From the NCBI GenBank assembly GCA_963667845.2, contig CAXXVL010000002.1, forward strand, positions 1,600,001-1,664,000: a DNA stretch of 64,000 nt, read 5' to 3'. The notes beneath the pieces were generated by a model. The model worked only from the letters and a program-made list of their open reading frames with translations, did not search any database and was not told the origin of the DNA. This DNA comes from Smithellaceae bacterium (GTDB lineage Bacteria; Desulfobacterota; Syntrophia; Syntrophales; Smithellaceae). The translations under genes were made by a program, and so were the position numbers. Shown piece by piece: positions 1 to 12,616 of this stretch (positions within the stretch are counted from its first letter, which is position 1; each line of letters begins with the position of its first letter).

Positions 1-1
1 C

Positions 2-2053
2 CGTGCGCTGATGGGATCGAACATGCAGCGCCAGGCTGTACCCCTGATGTGTCCCGAAGTGCCGGTCGTCGGCACGGGCATGGAAGCCATTGTCGCCCGC
101 GATTCCGGAGCTGTTGTGATAGCCAGACGCCCGGGTCTTGTGGAGAGTGTGGATGCCTCACGCATCGTCATTCGTGCCGATAAACCAGAAGAGGATGGCC
201 TGGACACCGGCGTGGATATTTATACGCTGTCCAAATATCAGCGATCCAATCAAGACACTTGCTTTAACCAGAAACCTATTGTGGCCATAGGCGATCGCGT
301 TCATAAGAGAGATATTCTCGCCGACGGTCCGGCAACGGATAACGGTGAACTGGCTTTGGGACGAAACGTCATGGTTGCGTTCATGTCCTGGGGCGGCTAC
401 AACTACGAAGACTCGATTCTGGTCAGTGAAAGAATCGTCAAGGAAGATATTTATACATCCATTCATATCGAAGAATTCGAAACCATGGCCCGTGATACAA
501 AGCTGGGCAAGGAAGAAATAACGAGAGACATTCCCAATGTCGGCGAGGAAGCGCTCCGTAACCTCGACGAAAGCGGAATTATCCGTATCGGCGTCTCCGT
601 GAAACCCGGTGATATCCTCGTAGGTAAGATCACACCCAAAGGGGAAACACAGCTCTCCGCCGAGGAGAAACTGCTGCGCGCCATTTTCGGCGAGAAAGCC
701 AGCGATGTGCGAGACACGTCGCTACGTGTTCCGCCTGGTGTGGAAGGCACTGTGATCGACGCCAAAATCTTTACGCGCAAAGGAGCCGACAAAGATTTGC
801 GTTCACAGGCCATCGAAGAAGATGCTATCGAGCAGCTGACGAAGGACAGGGATGATGAAATCCGCATTCTTGCAGAATCCATCAAAAAGGATATCGCCAA
901 GCTGGTGATCGGCAAAACAGCAGCCGGCAAAATTGTCGATGTGAAAAAGAAAACAATTTTGAAAAAAGGTGATAAAATCACCAAGGAAATCTGGTTGGAT
1001 ATTCCTTTTACCTACTGGAAAGAAATTACGCTTGCTGAAAATGACGGCTCTGAAGAAAAGCTCACCAATCTTCTTTCTGTTATGGAAAGAAAGGTCGATT
1101 TCGTAAAAGCACATTTTGAAGAAAAGCTGGACAAAATTAAGGCCAGCGACGAGCTGCCTCCCGGCGTCATCAAAATGGTCAAAGTCTATATCGCGATTAA
1201 GAGAAAGTTATCGGTTGGTGACAAGATGGCCGGCCGCCACGGAAATAAAGGCGTTTTGTCCAGGATCCTGCCCGAAGAAGACATGCCTTATTTTGCGGAT
1301 GGTTCGACAGTGGACATTATTCTCAATCCCCTCGGCGTTCCGTCCCGTATGAATGTCGGCCAGATTCTGGAAACCCACTTGGGGTGGGCGGCTAAATCGA
1401 TCGGCGAAGGCCTCAATGAATTGCTGGAGAAGAACAATAGCCTGAATCAGATTAAAGCCGAGTTGAAGAAAACCTATTCGAGCCCCGATTTTGATGAGTT
1501 CTTGGAAAGTGCGTCTGCGGAAGATGTCAAGCGATTCGTTGGCCGTCTGAAAAAAGGCATGTTGGTGGCGAGCCCCGTCTTTGACGGTTGTCCCGAACCT
1601 CAGATCCATAAATTGCTGGAAACGGCGGGACTGCCGGAAAACGGCCAGTCGGTTTTGTTTGACGGCCGTACCGGAGAGCCCTTTGATCAGGAAGTGACTG
1701 TCGGCATCATTTACATGCTGAAACTGCATCATCTGGTTGATAATAAAATTCACGCGCGTTCGATCGGTCCCTATTCGCTTGTTACGCAGCAGCCGCTGGG
1801 CGGCAAGGCACAATTCGGCGGCCAGAGACTGGGCGAAATGGAAGTCTGGGCCATGGAAGCTTACGGGGCTTCCTACACTCTACAGGAATTTTTGACCGTT
1901 AAATCAGATGATGTTGCCGGCCGGACGAGGATTTACGAATCCATTGTCAAGGGTGAGCATACATTCGAGCCGGGTCTTCCGGAATCCTTCAATGTTTTGG
2001 TGAAGGAGCTCCAGAGTCTCGGATTAGACGTGGAATTGGTTGAGGAAGAGTAA
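2..2053 (+). CDS. rpoB: RNA polymerase beta subunit, C-terminal part (5' end outside the window)
   Basis: [22 protein letters not shown] and [12 protein letters not shown] motifs; frame is open from the window start. Confidence 0.99.
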   Translation, partial: RALMGSNMQRQAVPLMCPEVPVVGTGMEAIVARDSGAVVIARRPGLVESVDASRIVIRADKPEEDGLDTGVDIYTLSKYQRSNQDTCFNQKPIVAIGDRVHKRDILADGPATDNGELALGRNVMVAFMSWGGYNYEDSILVSERIVKEDIYTSIHIEEFETMARDTKLGKEEITRDIPNVGEEALRNLDESGIIRIGVSVKPGDILVGKITPKGETQLSAEEKLLRAIFGEKASDVRDTSLRVPPGVEGTVIDAKIFTRKGADKDLRSQAIEEDAIEQLTKDRDDEIRILAESIKKDIAKLVIGKTAAGKIVDVKKKTILKKGDKITKEIWLDIPFTYWKEITLAENDGSEEKLTNLLSVMERKVDFVKAHFEEKLDKIKASDELPPGVIKMVKVYIAIKRKLSVGDKMAGRHGNKGVLSRILPEEDMPYFADGSTVDIILNPLGVPSRMNVGQILETHLGWAAKSIGEGLNELLEKNNSLNQIKAELKKTYSSPDFDEFLESASAEDVKRFVGRLKKGMLVASPVFDGCPEPQIHKLLETAGLPENGQSVLFDGRTGEPFDQEVTVGIIYMLKLHHLVDNKIHARSIGPYSLVTQQPLGGKAQFGGQRLGEMEVWAMEAYGASYTLQEFLTVKSDDVAGRTRIYESIVKGEHTFEPGLPESFNVLVKELQSLGLDVELVEEE

Positions 2054-2098
2054 TCTTCAAGATTTCACAAAAGCTTTTAAATAGTAGGAGAATAATCT

Positions 2099-5000
2099 GT
2101 GGAAGACGTTTTCAGTTATTTTGAAAAACCAAAAAATCCGATCAGATTCAATGCAATGAAGATTTCGATCGCCTCGCCGGAAAAGATTCTTTCCTGGTCC
2201 AACGGCGAAGTCAAAAAGCCTGAGACGATCAATTACCGGACATTCAAGCCGGAGCGCGATGGTTTGTTCTGCGCAAAAATATTCGGGCCGGTGAAGGACT
2301 ATGAATGCCTTTGCGGCCGTTATAAAAGAATGAAGCACCGCGGTGTTGTTTGCGAAAAGTGCGGTGTCGAAGTTATTCAGTCCAAAGTCCGCCGCGAGCG
2401 GATGGGGCATATCACCCTGGCGACGCCGGTGGCGCATATCTGGTTTCTGAAGAGTCTGCCCAGCCGCATCGGCAATGTCATGGATCTGACACTCAAAGAA
2501 CTGGAAAAAGTTCTCTATTTTGAATCCTGGATCGTCCTCGATCCGAAAGACACGCCGCTCAAAAAGAAAGAGCTCCTCACCGATGAAGAGTATATTGAAG
2601 CAAAAGAGCAGTATGGAGAAACGGGATTCGTAGCGGGAATCGGCGCAGAAGCTGTCCGACAGCTGCTCGAAGAAATCGATCTGGAAAAGCTCTACGAAGA
2701 ACTTCGTGCAGAAGTGGTTACATCCATTTCCGATACCAAGAAGAAAAAGATCGTCAAACGGCTTAAAGTGGTTGAAGCGTTGCGCAAGTCAGGAAACAAA
2801 CCGGAATGGATGGTCTTAACGGTTCTACCGGTTATTCCGCCCGATTTGCGGCCTTTGGTTCCGTTGGACGGCGGGCGATTTGCAACGTCCGATCTTAACG
2901 ATTTGTACCGGCGCGTCATCAATAGAAATAACCGGCTGAAACGCCTACAGGAACTCAATGCGCCGGAAATCATTATCCGTAACGAAAAGCGTATGCTCCA
3001 GGAAGCCGTGGATGTTCTGTTTGATAACGGCCGCCGCGGTCGGGCAATTACAGGAACCAACAAGCGGCCGCTCAGATCGCTCTCGGATATGCTTAAAGGC
3101 AAGCAGGGACGTTTTCGTCAGAACCTGCTGGGCAAACGCGTCGATTATTCCGGCCGTTCGGTTATTACCGTCGGTCCCGATTTAAGACTTCATCAGTGCG
3201 GCTTGCCGAAGAAAATGGCGCTCGAACTGTTCAAACCGTTCGTCTATAACCGCCTGCTGGAAAAAGGCTATGTGACAACCGTCAAAAGCGCCAAGAAAAT
3301 GGTGGAAAGAGAGACGGCTGAAGTATGGGATGCCGTGGATGAAGTGGTTCGCGAATACCCGGTGATTCTCAACCGCGCTCCGACGCTGCATCGTCTGGGT
3401 ATGCAGGCCTTCGAGCCGATACTCATTGAAGGGAAAGCCATTCGTCTGCATCCGTTGGTTTGCACCGCTTTTAACGCGGACTTCGACGGTGACCAGATGG
3501 CGGTGCATGTGCCTCTGTCTGTTGAAGCGCAAACGGAAGCACGTGTGCTCATGATGTCGACGAATAATATCCTATCACCGGCCAATGGCAAACCGATCAT
3601 TATTCCCAGTCAGGATATCGTGCTGGGCATTTATTATATGACGCGGATAAAGAAGGATGTAAAGGGCGAAGGGATGATTTTTTCCGGGCCCGAAGAAGTT
3701 CGGTCGGCCGTTGATGCAGGGGCTATCGACCTGCACGCCAAAATTAAAGTTCGTATCAACGGAGAGTTGAAGGAAACGACTGCGGGACGCATTATCCTGT
3801 TTGAAATTATTCCCGAGGAAATTGATTTTGACGCGATCAACAAGCTGATGAATAAAAAGGAGCTGGCGAACCTGATCGATCATTGCTACCGACTGTGCGG
3901 GGATAAGACGACCGTCCTTTTGGCCGATCGGCTGAAAGATCTTGGCTTTAAATACGCTACGATTTCAGGGTTGTCATTTGCCGTCGGCAACATGATTATT
4001 CCTGAGAATAAGAAGACCATTGTTTTGCAGGCCGATAAGGATGTTCTGAAGATTCAAAAGCAGTATATGGACGGGCTGATTACCGACGGTGAACGTTACA
4101 ATAAAGTGATCGACATCTGGGCGCAAGCGACCGAGAAAATTGCCTCGGAAATGTTGACCGGTATCAGCACGGAAGAGGTCGCCGGCCTTGATGGAAAGAA
4201 GCGTAAAATAGAAAGTTTTAACCCGATATACATGATGGCCGATTCCGGCGCCCGCGGTTCCGGCGTTCAGCTTCGGCAATTGGCCGGTATGCGTGGTTTG
4301 ATGGCTAAGCCTTCCGGCGAAATCATCGAGACCCCGATTACAGCGAATTTCCGTGAAGGCCTGACGGTGCTCCAGTATTTTATCTCCACGCACGGTGCGC
4401 GTAAAGGGCTTGCCGACACAGCTCTGAAGACAGCCAACTCCGGTTATCTGACCCGTCGGCTCGTCGATGTGGCACAGGACTGTATTATTACCGAACAGGA
4501 TTGTGAAACCGTCGATGGACTCTACGTGTCGGCGCTGATGGAAGGCGGTGAAATGATTGAAACCGCCGGAGAACGCGTTTTGGGCCGCGTGGCATTACAG
4601 GAAATCAGAGATCCTTTTACCGATGAAGTGATCGTCAAAGCCAATGAGGCGATTGATGAAGCATTGGCAGAGAAAATCGACCGCGCGGGTATCGAGCGCG
4701 TGAATATCCGTTCCGTTTTAACCTGTCGTGCCAAGCATGGCGTTTGTGCCATGTGCTATGGCCGCGATTTGGCCCACGGGCATATCGTGAATATCGGCGA
4801 AGCGGTAGGAATTGTAGCTGCACAGTCCATTGGCGAACCGGGTACGCAGTTGACCATGAGAACATTCCATATCGGTGGTACGGCGAAATTTAATGAGCAA
4901 TCCACGCTCGAAGCGCGTCATGACGGGCTTGTCAAATTTGTCAACTTGAATACGGTGAAAACCCGTGAAAACGATTATGTGGTCATGAACCGTCACGGCG

Positions 5001-6193
5001 AAGTGCACGTTCTTGATGAGCAAAATCGCAGCCGCGGTAAATACACCGTACCTTATGGGGCTCATCTCAAAGTCAGTGATAACAGCGCCGTAAAGCGCGG
5101 GCAGCTGATTGCCGAATGGGATCCCTTCTCTATTCCGATTCTTGCCGAAGTGGACGGAACGATCAAATACGGTGATGTCACCGAAGGTAAAACCATGCAG
5201 GAGCAGGTTGATGAAGTCACCGGCCTGTCCCGTAAAGTTATTGTTGAATTCAAAGGCGGTGATCTAAGGCCGCGAGTTTCCATTAAGGATAGCAAGGGGA
5301 AAACTGCTAAGCTGGTTAGCACGAATTCAGTGGCCCGTTATTTCCTCTCAGTCGGCGTCAATATCGTTGTCTCTGAAGGCGATCATGTGCGAGCCGGCGA
5401 TATTTTAGCGAAGATTCCCCGGGAGACGACGAAAACAAAGGATATTACAGGCGGTTTGCCTAGAGTCGCAGAATTGTTTGAAGCGCGGAAACCCAAAGAT
5501 TTTGCCGTCATCAGCGAAATCGACGGCGTAGTCGCTTTTGGTAAAGACGCCAAAGGCAAGCGCAAAGTCATTGTGACTCCGGAAATAGGTGAAGAAAAGG
5601 AATATCTGATTCCCAAAGGAAAACACATCAGTGTCCAGGAAGGGGACCGAGTGACACCCGGCGACGCTCTGATGGATGGCGTCAATAACCCACATGATCT
5701 TCTGGCGATTAAGGGAGAAAAAGAACTGGCCCGTTACCTGGTTGATGAAGTTCAGGAAGTTTATCGTTTGCAGGGTGTTAAAATTAATGATAAGCATATG
5801 GAAGTTATTGTCCGCCAGATGTTGCGTCGAGTCCGGATAACCGATCCAGGGGATACTGCATTTATCGCCGATGAGCAGGTAGAGCGTTACCGCTTCCAGG
5901 AAGAGAACGATAAGGTAATCGCTCAAGGTGGGCGTCCCGCCATTGGTGATCCTCTGCTTCTGGGAATCACGAAGGCATCGCTTAGTACACAGAGTTTCAT
6001 ATCAGCGGCCTCCTTCCAGGAAACCACCCGAGTGCTGACGGAAGCATCGCTTTCCGGCAAAACAGATTACCTGCGCGGTCTCAAAGAAAACGTTATTATG
6101 GGCCGTTTAATCCCGGCAGGCACGGGTCTTGTGATGTATCGCAAACTGGGTATCAAGGTTGAAGATGAAGAGGCAGAAGTGGCTGCAGAATAG
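2099..6193 (+). CDS. rpoC: RNA polymerase beta' subunit
   Basis: [10 protein letters not shown] catalytic motif and N-terminal Zn finger; GTG start after AGGAG. Confidence 0.99.
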   Translation: MEDVFSYFEKPKNPIRFNAMKISIASPEKILSWSNGEVKKPETINYRTFKPERDGLFCAKIFGPVKDYECLCGRYKRMKHRGVVCEKCGVEVIQSKVRRERMGHITLATPVAHIWFLKSLPSRIGNVMDLTLKELEKVLYFESWIVLDPKDTPLKKKELLTDEEYIEAKEQYGETGFVAGIGAEAVRQLLEEIDLEKLYEELRAEVVTSISDTKKKKIVKRLKVVEALRKSGNKPEWMVLTVLPVIPPDLRPLVPLDGGRFATSDLNDLYRRVINRNNRLKRLQELNAPEIIIRNEKRMLQEAVDVLFDNGRRGRAITGTNKRPLRSLSDMLKGKQGRFRQNLLGKRVDYSGRSVITVGPDLRLHQCGLPKKMALELFKPFVYNRLLEKGYVTTVKSAKKMVERETAEVWDAVDEVVREYPVILNRAPTLHRLGMQAFEPILIEGKAIRLHPLVCTAFNADFDGDQMAVHVPLSVEAQTEARVLMMSTNNILSPANGKPIIIPSQDIVLGIYYMTRIKKDVKGEGMIFSGPEEVRSAVDAGAIDLHAKIKVRINGELKETTAGRIILFEIIPEEIDFDAINKLMNKKELANLIDHCYRLCGDKTTVLLADRLKDLGFKYATISGLSFAVGNMIIPENKKTIVLQADKDVLKIQKQYMDGLITDGERYNKVIDIWAQATEKIASEMLTGISTEEVAGLDGKKRKIESFNPIYMMADSGARGSGVQLRQLAGMRGLMAKPSGEIIETPITANFREGLTVLQYFISTHGARKGLADTALKTANSGYLTRRLVDVAQDCIITEQDCETVDGLYVSALMEGGEMIETAGERVLGRVALQEIRDPFTDEVIVKANEAIDEALAEKIDRAGIERVNIRSVLTCRAKHGVCAMCYGRDLAHGHIVNIGEAVGIVAAQSIGEPGTQLTMRTFHIGGTAKFNEQSTLEARHDGLVKFVNLNTVKTRENDYVVMNRHGEVHVLDEQNRSRGKYTVPYGAHLKVSDNSAVKRGQLIAEWDPFSIPILAEVDGTIKYGDVTEGKTMQEQVDEVTGLSRKVIVEFKGGDLRPRVSIKDSKGKTAKLVSTNSVARYFLSVGVNIVVSEGDHVRAGDILAKIPRETTKTKDITGGLPRVAELFEARKPKDFAVISEIDGVVAFGKDAKGKRKVIVTPEIGEEKEYLIPKGKHISVQEGDRVTPGDALMDGVNNPHDLLAIKGEKELARYLVDEVQEVYRLQGVKINDKHMEVIVRQMLRRVRITDPGDTAFIADEQVERYRFQEENDKVIAQGGRPAIGDPLLLGITKASLSTQSFISAASFQETTRVLTEASLSGKTDYLRGLKENVIMGRLIPAGTGLVMYRKLGIKVEDEEAEVAAE

Positions 6194-6215
6194 ATAAAAA
6201 AAAGGAAGAAATATC

Positions 6216-6244
6216 TTGACAGAAGCAGCTTGAATTGATAGTTA
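6216..6244 (+). promoter_or_regulatory. Putative sigma70 promoter of the str operon
   Basis: TTGACA, 17 bp spacer, TAGTTA (imperfect -10) upstream of rpsL. Confidence 0.5.
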
Positions 6245-6296
6245 CCGCAGATTTGCTGCTGCCCGCAAATTTGCAGCAAAGAGTTCGGGAGGAGAA

Positions 6297-6668
6297 ATGC
6301 CGACAATTAGTCAACTGGTTCGCAAAGGCAGAACCAAAATTAAGAGAAAAACCAACGCCCCGGCTTTAGCCGGTTCGCCGCAGCGACGCGGTGTGTGCGT
6401 GAGGGTTTATACGACGACGCCCAAAAAGCCGAATTCAGCTTTGCGTAAAGTGGCCAGAGTTCGTCTCACGAGCGGATATGAAGTGTCATCTTACATTCCC
6501 GGTATCGGCCATAACCTGCAGGAGCACTCGGTGGTGCTTGTTCGCGGGGGCAGAGTAAAAGATTTGCCCGGTGTAAGATATCATATCGTCAGAGGCACGC
6601 TGGATGCCGTTGGTGTCGCTGACCGCAAAAAGAGTCGATCAAAATACGGCGCTAAAAAGCCCAGCTAA
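6297..6668 (+). CDS. rpsL: 30S ribosomal protein S12
   Basis: [10 protein letters not shown] and [11 protein letters not shown] motifs. Confidence 0.99.
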   Translation: MPTISQLVRKGRTKIKRKTNAPALAGSPQRRGVCVRVYTTTPKKPNSALRKVARVRLTSGYEVSSYIPGIGHNLQEHSVVLVRGGRVKDLPGVRYHIVRGTLDAVGVADRKKSRSKYGAKKPS

Positions 6669-6683
6669 ACGAAGGACAAAAAA

Positions 6684-7154
6684 ATGCCAAGAAGACGCGA
6701 AATTGAAAAAAGGGATATTTTACCGGACCCCAAATTTAATAATAAGCTCGTTGCCAAGTTTGTGAACTCGTTGCTTAAGAGAGGCAAGAAGAGTGTTGCC
6801 GAAAGTATTTTGTATGGCGCTTTCGACATTATTGAGAAGCGGGTTAAGGAACAGCCCGTTGAATTTTTCGAAAAAGCAGTCAATAACGTGAAGCCGATGA
6901 TTGAAGTCAAATCCCGTCGTGTTGGCGGTTCCACCTATCAGGTTCCGACGGAAGTTGTCCCCGCCAGGCGCACAGCTCTGGCTATCCGCTGGTTGATCTC
7001 CAATGCCCAGGAGCGTACTGAAAAAACGATGCGTGAAAAACTGGCGGCAGAACTGATCGATGCGGCAAACAACAGAGGTGGCGCAATCAAGAAAAGAGAA
7101 GCAGTGCATAAAATGGCCGAGGCGAATAAGGCCTTTGCGCATTATAAATTTTAA
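6684..7154 (+). CDS. rpsG: 30S ribosomal protein S7
   Basis: [12 protein letters not shown] and [13 protein letters not shown] motifs. Confidence 0.99.
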   Translation: MPRRREIEKRDILPDPKFNNKLVAKFVNSLLKRGKKSVAESILYGAFDIIEKRVKEQPVEFFEKAVNNVKPMIEVKSRRVGGSTYQVPTEVVPARRTALAIRWLISNAQERTEKTMREKLAAELIDAANNRGGAIKKREAVHKMAEANKAFAHYKF

Positions 7155-7213
7155 AAGACTGAATATTAAACGACAAGGAAAACAACCATTCAAAGTTAAG
7201 GAGGAAAGGTGAG

Positions 7214-8407
7214 ATGGCAAAGAAAAAATTTGAAAGGACTAAGCCGCATTTAAATATAGGAACAATCGGTCACGTGGATCACGGCAAGACCACTTTAACG
7301 GCCGCAATTACCAAGCATCTGGCAAAAAAGGGTTTTGCGGAATTCCGGCCTTTCGATTCGATTGATAACGCCCCGGAGGAGAAGGAACGCGGTGTTACGA
7401 TCAATATCTCTCACGTAGAATACGAGACGGAAAAAAGACATTACGCCCACGTCGATTGCCCTGGTCATGCTGACTATATCAAAAACATGATTTCCGGTGC
7501 TGCGCACATGGACGGAACGATTCTGGTTGTGGCCGCCTCCGATGGCCCGATGCCGCAAACCCGCGAGCATATCCTCCTTGCCCGTCAGGTTCAGGTTCCT
7601 TACGTCATCGTTTTCCTCAATAAAGTTGATCTGGTTGATGATCCCGAGCTTTTAGACCTTGTCGAACTGGAATTAAGAGAGCTTTTGACTCAGTATGAAT
7701 TTCCGGGTGATGATATTCCCATCATCCGCGGTTCCGCCCTCAAAGCTCTGGAATCAGAAGACAGCAATTCACCCGATGTGAAATGCATCTGGGAACTCAT
7801 GGATGCCGTCGATAATTATATTCCGCAACCTAAGCGCGATACCGATAAACCTTTCCTGATGCCCGTTGGCGACGTTTTCACCATTTCCGGTCGTGGCACG
7901 GTTGTGACGGGAAGAGTTGACCGCGGCATCGTGAAGGTCGGCGAAGAAGTTGAAATCATCGGCATCCGCCCCACCATTAAGACCGTTGTAACCGGTGTGG
8001 AAATGTTCCGTAAAACCCTTGATGAAGGTCGTGCAGGCGACGACGTCGGTTTGTTGATTCGCGGTATTAAGCGGGAAGAAGTGGAAAGAGGCCAGGTTGT
8101 TGCCAAACCCGGTTCCATTACCCCTCATACGAAATTTGAAGCAGCCGTTTACATATTGACCAAAGAGGAAGGCGGTCGTCATACACCCTTCTTCTCAGGT
8201 TACCGTCCGCAGTTTTATTTCCGGACAACGGATGTGACGGGTGTTGCAACGCTGCCCGAAGGTGTGGAAATGGTCATGCCCGGTGATAACGTAAAGATGA
8301 ACGTCGAACTGATTATGCCCATCGCCATGGAAGAGCAGTTAAGATTCGCAATCCGTGAAGGTGGCCGGACAGTCGGCGCAGGTGTCGTAAGCAAGGTTAT
8401 TGAATAG
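7214..8407 (+). CDS. tuf: Elongation factor Tu with atypical aminoacyl-pocket residues
   Basis: [17 protein letters not shown] and [13 protein letters not shown] motifs. Confidence 0.99.
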   Translation: MAKKKFERTKPHLNIGTIGHVDHGKTTLTAAITKHLAKKGFAEFRPFDSIDNAPEEKERGVTINISHVEYETEKRHYAHVDCPGHADYIKNMISGAAHMDGTILVVAASDGPMPQTREHILLARQVQVPYVIVFLNKVDLVDDPELLDLVELELRELLTQYEFPGDDIPIIRGSALKALESEDSNSPDVKCIWELMDAVDNYIPQPKRDTDKPFLMPVGDVFTISGRGTVVTGRVDRGIVKVGEEVEIIGIRPTIKTVVTGVEMFRKTLDEGRAGDDVGLLIRGIKREEVERGQVVAKPGSITPHTKFEAAVYILTKEEGGRHTPFFSGYRPQFYFRTTDVTGVATLPEGVEMVMPGDNVKMNVELIMPIAMEEQLRFAIREGGRTVGAGVVSKVIE

Positions 8408-8432
8408 AAACGGGAAATAGGTTATCCGATCG

Positions 8433-8741
8433 ATGAAAGAACAAAAGATAAGAATTCGTCTCAAAGCTTACGATTATAAACTGCTGGATCGTTCTGTTGA
8501 AGAAATAGTGGAAACTGCCAAAAGGACCGGCGCACGTGTCGCCGGTCCCATACCTCTTCCTACGGAAATCAATAAATACTGTGTCAATCGTTCACCGCAC
8601 GTGGATAAGAAATCCCGGGAGCAGTTCGAAATTCGTACACACAAGAGATTGATTGATATTGTTGAGCCGACGCAAGCGACCGTTGATGCGTTGATGAAAC
8701 TGGATCTGTCGGCGGGCGTGGATGTAGAGATTAAAGCGTAG
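8433..8741 (+). CDS. rpsJ: 30S ribosomal protein S10
   Basis: [20 protein letters not shown] motif. Confidence 0.99.
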   Translation: MKEQKIRIRLKAYDYKLLDRSVEEIVETAKRTGARVAGPIPLPTEINKYCVNRSPHVDKKSREQFEIRTHKRLIDIVEPTQATVDALMKLDLSAGVDVEIKA

Positions 8742-8828
8742 GCGAAGAGTAACGACGGTGGAAAGTGGTCCGGGTGTTACCAGTTTCCGGAATGTTGAAT
8801 ATCGTGGCTTTATTTATATAAAAGTTGG

Positions 8829-9467
8829 ATGATGATGAACAAGGGAATCATTGGAAAAAAATTAGGGATGACACAGGTATTTGCCGAGGATGGTGCCGCG
8901 GTCGGTGTTACAGCCATTGAAGTTGAACCGTCCATTGTCGTCCAGGTGAAGACAAAAGAAAAGGATGGCTATGACGCCATTCAGATCGGATACGGCCGCG
9001 TCAAGCAGAAGAACGTGACCAAACCGCTTCAGGGCCATTTTAATAAAGCAAACAAAGGATTTTTCCGTATCCTGAAGGAGTTTCCGGGCGAAGCCGGCAA
9101 GTACGAAGCCGGACAGGAAATCGCATCTGACATTTTTCAGGCGGGTGACTACGTCGATGTGGTCGGAACATCGAAGGGCAAAGGTTTTCAGGGTGTTGTG
9201 AAAAGACATGGTTTTGGTGGTGGCCGGGCAACGCACGGTTCCATGTTCCACAGAGCTCCGGGGTCCATTGGCGCCAGCGCTGATCCAGCCCGTGTGTTTA
9301 AGGGAACGAAAATGGGCGGTCATATGGGAGATGTTCGTAAAACCGTTCAGAATCTTCAGATCTGGCAAGTGCGCCCTGATAGAAATTTATTACTATTAAA
9401 AGGTTCCATTCCCGGCGGCAAAAATGGCTATGTCATCATTAAGCAAGCCCGGAAAAAAAGTGCGTAA
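8829..9467 (+). CDS. rplC: 50S ribosomal protein L3 (start could be any of three tandem ATGs)
   Basis: GKKLGMTQVF and SKGKGFQGVVKRH motifs. Confidence 0.98.
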   Translation: MMMNKGIIGKKLGMTQVFAEDGAAVGVTAIEVEPSIVVQVKTKEKDGYDAIQIGYGRVKQKNVTKPLQGHFNKANKGFFRILKEFPGEAGKYEAGQEIASDIFQAGDYVDVVGTSKGKGFQGVVKRHGFGGGRATHGSMFHRAPGSIGASADPARVFKGTKMGGHMGDVRKTVQNLQIWQVRPDRNLLLLKGSIPGGKNGYVIIKQARKKSA

Positions 9468-9485
9468 AGCAGTGGAGTTATAGAC

Positions 9486-10109
9486 ATGGCAGTAGCAGAT
9501 GTTTTTGATATTGAAAAGAAGAAGGTTGCCCAGGTCGAGTTGAACGACGCCGTATTCGGCGCAGAGATCAACGAAGCAACGATCCACGACGTGGTCAAGA
9601 TGCAGCTGGCATCGCGCCGGTCGGGAACGTCAGCAACCAAGGGAAGAAGCGACGTAAGAGGCGGCGGAAAGAAACCCTGGCGTCAAAAGGGAACAGGCCG
9701 CGCCCGTGCTGGAACTTCACGATCACCCATTTGGAGAGGCGGCGGTATTGTTTTCGGGCCTCAACCACGGGATTACTCTTACAGCGTTCCGAAAAAAGTG
9801 CGGAAGAAGGCGCTGATCTCCGTCCTCAGTATGAAAGTGAAAGAAGAGAAAATGACGGTTCTGAAGAATTTTCCAATGGAAACAATCAGCACGAAGGCTT
9901 TTCAGAAAGTGGTGGATCTCTTCGGCCTCAAAAAAACACTTTTCGTTATCGATCAGGATGACGCCGTTCTGATGAAATCATCGCGAAATTTGAAAAATGT
10001 TAAAATGATTCGGTCGGAGGGCATCAATGTTTATGATATTTTGAATTATGAACATCTGGTCCTTCTTGAACCCTCTATAAAAAAGATTGAGGGGGCATTG
10101 CTGGCATAA
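9486..10109 (+). CDS. rplD: 50S ribosomal protein L4
   Basis: KPWRQKGTGRARAG motif. Confidence 0.99.
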   Translation: MAVADVFDIEKKKVAQVELNDAVFGAEINEATIHDVVKMQLASRRSGTSATKGRSDVRGGGKKPWRQKGTGRARAGTSRSPIWRGGGIVFGPQPRDYSYSVPKKVRKKALISVLSMKVKEEKMTVLKNFPMETISTKAFQKVVDLFGLKKTLFVIDQDDAVLMKSSRNLKNVKMIRSEGINVYDILNYEHLVLLEPSIKKIEGALLA

Positions 10110-10396
10110 TGGAACTGCATCAGATTATTAGACGAATATTAATTACCGAAAAGAGCAACGTTGACCGCGAAGCGGGCAATAAGTATTACTTTGAAGTAGA
10201 TCGCAAAGCCAATAAAGTTGAGATCGGGCAGGCGGTCGAAAAGCTATTTAAGGTAAAAGTTACGGATGTCCATGTCTTTCACGTTTTAGGCAAGAAGAAG
10301 AGAATGGGCAAGGTCATGGGGCAAAAGAGTTCCTGGAAAAAAGCGATTGTCACTTTGGCTGAGGGCAGCCGCATCGAAGTCGCCGAAGGCGTATAG
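10109..10396 (+). CDS. rplW: 50S ribosomal protein L23
   Basis: ITEKS and WKKAIVTL motifs; operon position. Confidence 0.98.
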   Translation: MELHQIIRRILITEKSNVDREAGNKYYFEVDRKANKVEIGQAVEKLFKVKVTDVHVFHVLGKKKRMGKVMGQKSSWKKAIVTLAEGSRIEVAEGV

Positions 10397-10417
10397 AACA
10401 CTTAAGGATTAAACGAC

Positions 10418-11239
10418 ATGGGAATTATCAAGTATAAACCAACATCACCCGGCAGGCGATTTCAGAGTGTCTCTGATTTTGCAGAGATTACGTCAGATGA
10501 ACCGGTAAAAAGCCTTTTAAAGCCGATCAAAAGAACCGGCGGTCGTAACAGTTACGGCAGGATCACTGCGCGCTACATCGGCGGCGGTCACAAGCGTAAA
10601 TATCGGATGATTGATTTCTGCCGCAACAAGACGGATATTCCGGCAAAAGTGGCTACGATAGAATATGATCCGAACCGGTCGGCAAGAATTGCATTACTCA
10701 ATTATCGCGATGGTGAGAAAAGATATATTGTAGCACCCGCGCAGATCAATGTTGGCGATGTTCTGGTGAGCGGTCCCAAGGCAGATATCAAGCCGGGCAA
10801 CGCCATCCCTCTTAAGTATATCCCGCTGGGTTCCTTAATTCATAACGTGGAATTAAAAGTAGGACGCGGAGCGCAACTGATTCGTTCTGCGGGAACTTAT
10901 GGCCAGCTGATGGCTAAGGAAGGAACCTATGCCCAGGTGAGACTTCCTTCCGGTGAAGTCCGCAGAGTATTCATCGAATGCATGGCAACGGTCGGTCAGG
11001 TCGGGAACAATGACCATGAGAATATCAGCATCGGTAAAGCCGGACGGACCCGTTGGCTGGGTAAAAGTCCCCATGTCCGCGGTGTTGTCATGAATCCGGT
11101 GGACCATCCGATGGGCGGTGGCGAAGGAAAGTCATCCGGTGGCCGACATCCGTGTACGCCTTGGGGTGTTCCTACAAAGGGTCACAAAACGAGAAAAAAC
11201 AAGAGAACCGATAAATATATCGTCAAGAGAAGAGGTTAA
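10418..11239 (+). CDS. rplB: 50S ribosomal protein L2
   Basis: [12 protein letters not shown] and [13 protein letters not shown] motifs. Confidence 0.99.
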   Translation: MGIIKYKPTSPGRRFQSVSDFAEITSDEPVKSLLKPIKRTGGRNSYGRITARYIGGGHKRKYRMIDFCRNKTDIPAKVATIEYDPNRSARIALLNYRDGEKRYIVAPAQINVGDVLVSGPKADIKPGNAIPLKYIPLGSLIHNVELKVGRGAQLIRSAGTYGQLMAKEGTYAQVRLPSGEVRRVFIECMATVGQVGNNDHENISIGKAGRTRWLGKSPHVRGVVMNPVDHPMGGGEGKSSGGRHPCTPWGVPTKGHKTRKNKRTDKYIVKRRG

Positions 11240-11245
11240 GATAAC

Positions 11246-11527
11246 GTGGCACGTTCGATCAAAAAAGGTCCTTATATTGAAGATAGTTTGCTTGCCAAGG
11301 TGCGGAAAATGGAAGCCGAAAGCAGCAAGAATGTAATTAAGACTTGGTCGCGGCGTTCAACCATCACACCCGAGTTAATCGGTTACACATTTGCCGTCCA
11401 TAACGGAAAAAAATTCATCCCGGTTTATGTGACAGAGAATATGGTCGGTCATAAAATGGGCGAGTTCGCGCCGACGAGGACCTTTTATTCTCATTCCGGC
11501 GACCGGAAAACAAAGGTTAAGAAGTAA
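11246..11527 (+). CDS. rpsS: 30S ribosomal protein S19
   Basis: KTWSRRSTI and [13 protein letters not shown] motifs; GTG start. Confidence 0.99.
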   Translation: MARSIKKGPYIEDSLLAKVRKMEAESSKNVIKTWSRRSTITPELIGYTFAVHNGKKFIPVYVTENMVGHKMGEFAPTRTFYSHSGDRKTKVKK

Positions 11528-11567
11528 TCATTTCCGCGCAATCGGACAGGTTTGGAGTTGATAAGAT

Positions 11568-11900
11568 ATGGAAGCAAAAGCAGTTGCAAAATATATTCGG
11601 ATGTCGCCGCAGAAAGTCCGGTTGGTCGTTGACTTGGTTCGTGGGAAGAAAGTGCAGGAAGCCGGCAATATCCTGCGTTATACCAGGAAGTACTCTGCGG
11701 GAATTATCGCGAAGGTGCTGAAATCCGCTGTCGCCAACGCGGCCCAGAATCCCAATATTGATGAAAACACACTTTACGTCAAAGAGATATTTGTGGACCA
11801 GGGACCGGCATTGAAGCGCTGGCGGGCCAGAGCCCAGGGAAGAGCGGCGGGAATTAAAAAAAGAACGTCTCACATCACCGTTGTCGTGGATGAAAAGTAA
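11568..11900 (+). CDS. rplV: 50S ribosomal protein L22
   Basis: SPQKVRLV and RAQGRA...KRTSHIT motifs. Confidence 0.99.
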   Translation: MEAKAVAKYIRMSPQKVRLVVDLVRGKKVQEAGNILRYTRKYSAGIIAKVLKSAVANAAQNPNIDENTLYVKEIFVDQGPALKRWRARAQGRAAGIKKRTSHITVVVDEK

Positions 11901-11912
11901 GGAGGAACGATA

Positions 11913-12560
11913 TTGGGTCAGAAGGTTAACCCGGTAGGATTACGATTAGGCTACATCAAAAAGTGGCAGTCCGTATGGTTTGCCGAAAAGAATTACAGTG
12001 GGATGCTGCTGGAAGACTTAAAGGTGCGAAAGTTCCTTAAGAAAAAGCTGTACCACGCCGGTATTTCCCATATCGAAATTGAGCGGGCGGCCAACAAAGC
12101 CAAGGTGAATATTTATGCGGCCCGGCCCGGCGTCATTATCGGGAAAAAAGGATCGGAAATAGAAAAGCTGAAAACGGAAATTGAAAAATTTTCTCAGGCT
12201 GAAATTATCATCAATATTTTAGAGGTCCGCAAACCGGAAACAGATGCCCAACTCGTCGCCGAAAATGTCGCTATGCAATTGGAAAGACGTGTCGCGTTTC
12301 GACGGGCGATGAAGAAGTGTGTCGGTTACGCCCTGAAATTCGGAGCCAAGGGCATTAAGATCACGTGTTCCGGGCGCTTGGGCGGTGCCGAAATGTCCCG
12401 CTCTGAGTGGTACCGCGAAGGGAGAGTTCCGCTGCATACCCTGAGAGCGGATATCGATTACGGATTCATCGAAGCACATACAGCGTACGGATTGATCGGT
12501 GTAAAAGTTTTAATTTTCCACGGAGAAGTTTTGCCCACGAAGAATGAAAAACAGTCATAG
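11913..12560 (+). CDS. rpsC: 30S ribosomal protein S3
   Basis: [12 protein letters not shown] and [15 protein letters not shown] motifs; TTG start after AGGAGG. Confidence 0.99.
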   Translation: MGQKVNPVGLRLGYIKKWQSVWFAEKNYSGMLLEDLKVRKFLKKKLYHAGISHIEIERAANKAKVNIYAARPGVIIGKKGSEIEKLKTEIEKFSQAEIIINILEVRKPETDAQLVAENVAMQLERRVAFRRAMKKCVGYALKFGAKGIKITCSGRLGGAEMSRSEWYREGRVPLHTLRADIDYGFIEAHTAYGLIGVKVLIFHGEVLPTKNEKQS

Positions 12561-12616
12561 TTCCGGTGAGGCCTCCTTATAGGTCCTGCTGTGAAGATAA
12601 ACGGGAGTTTTGAATT

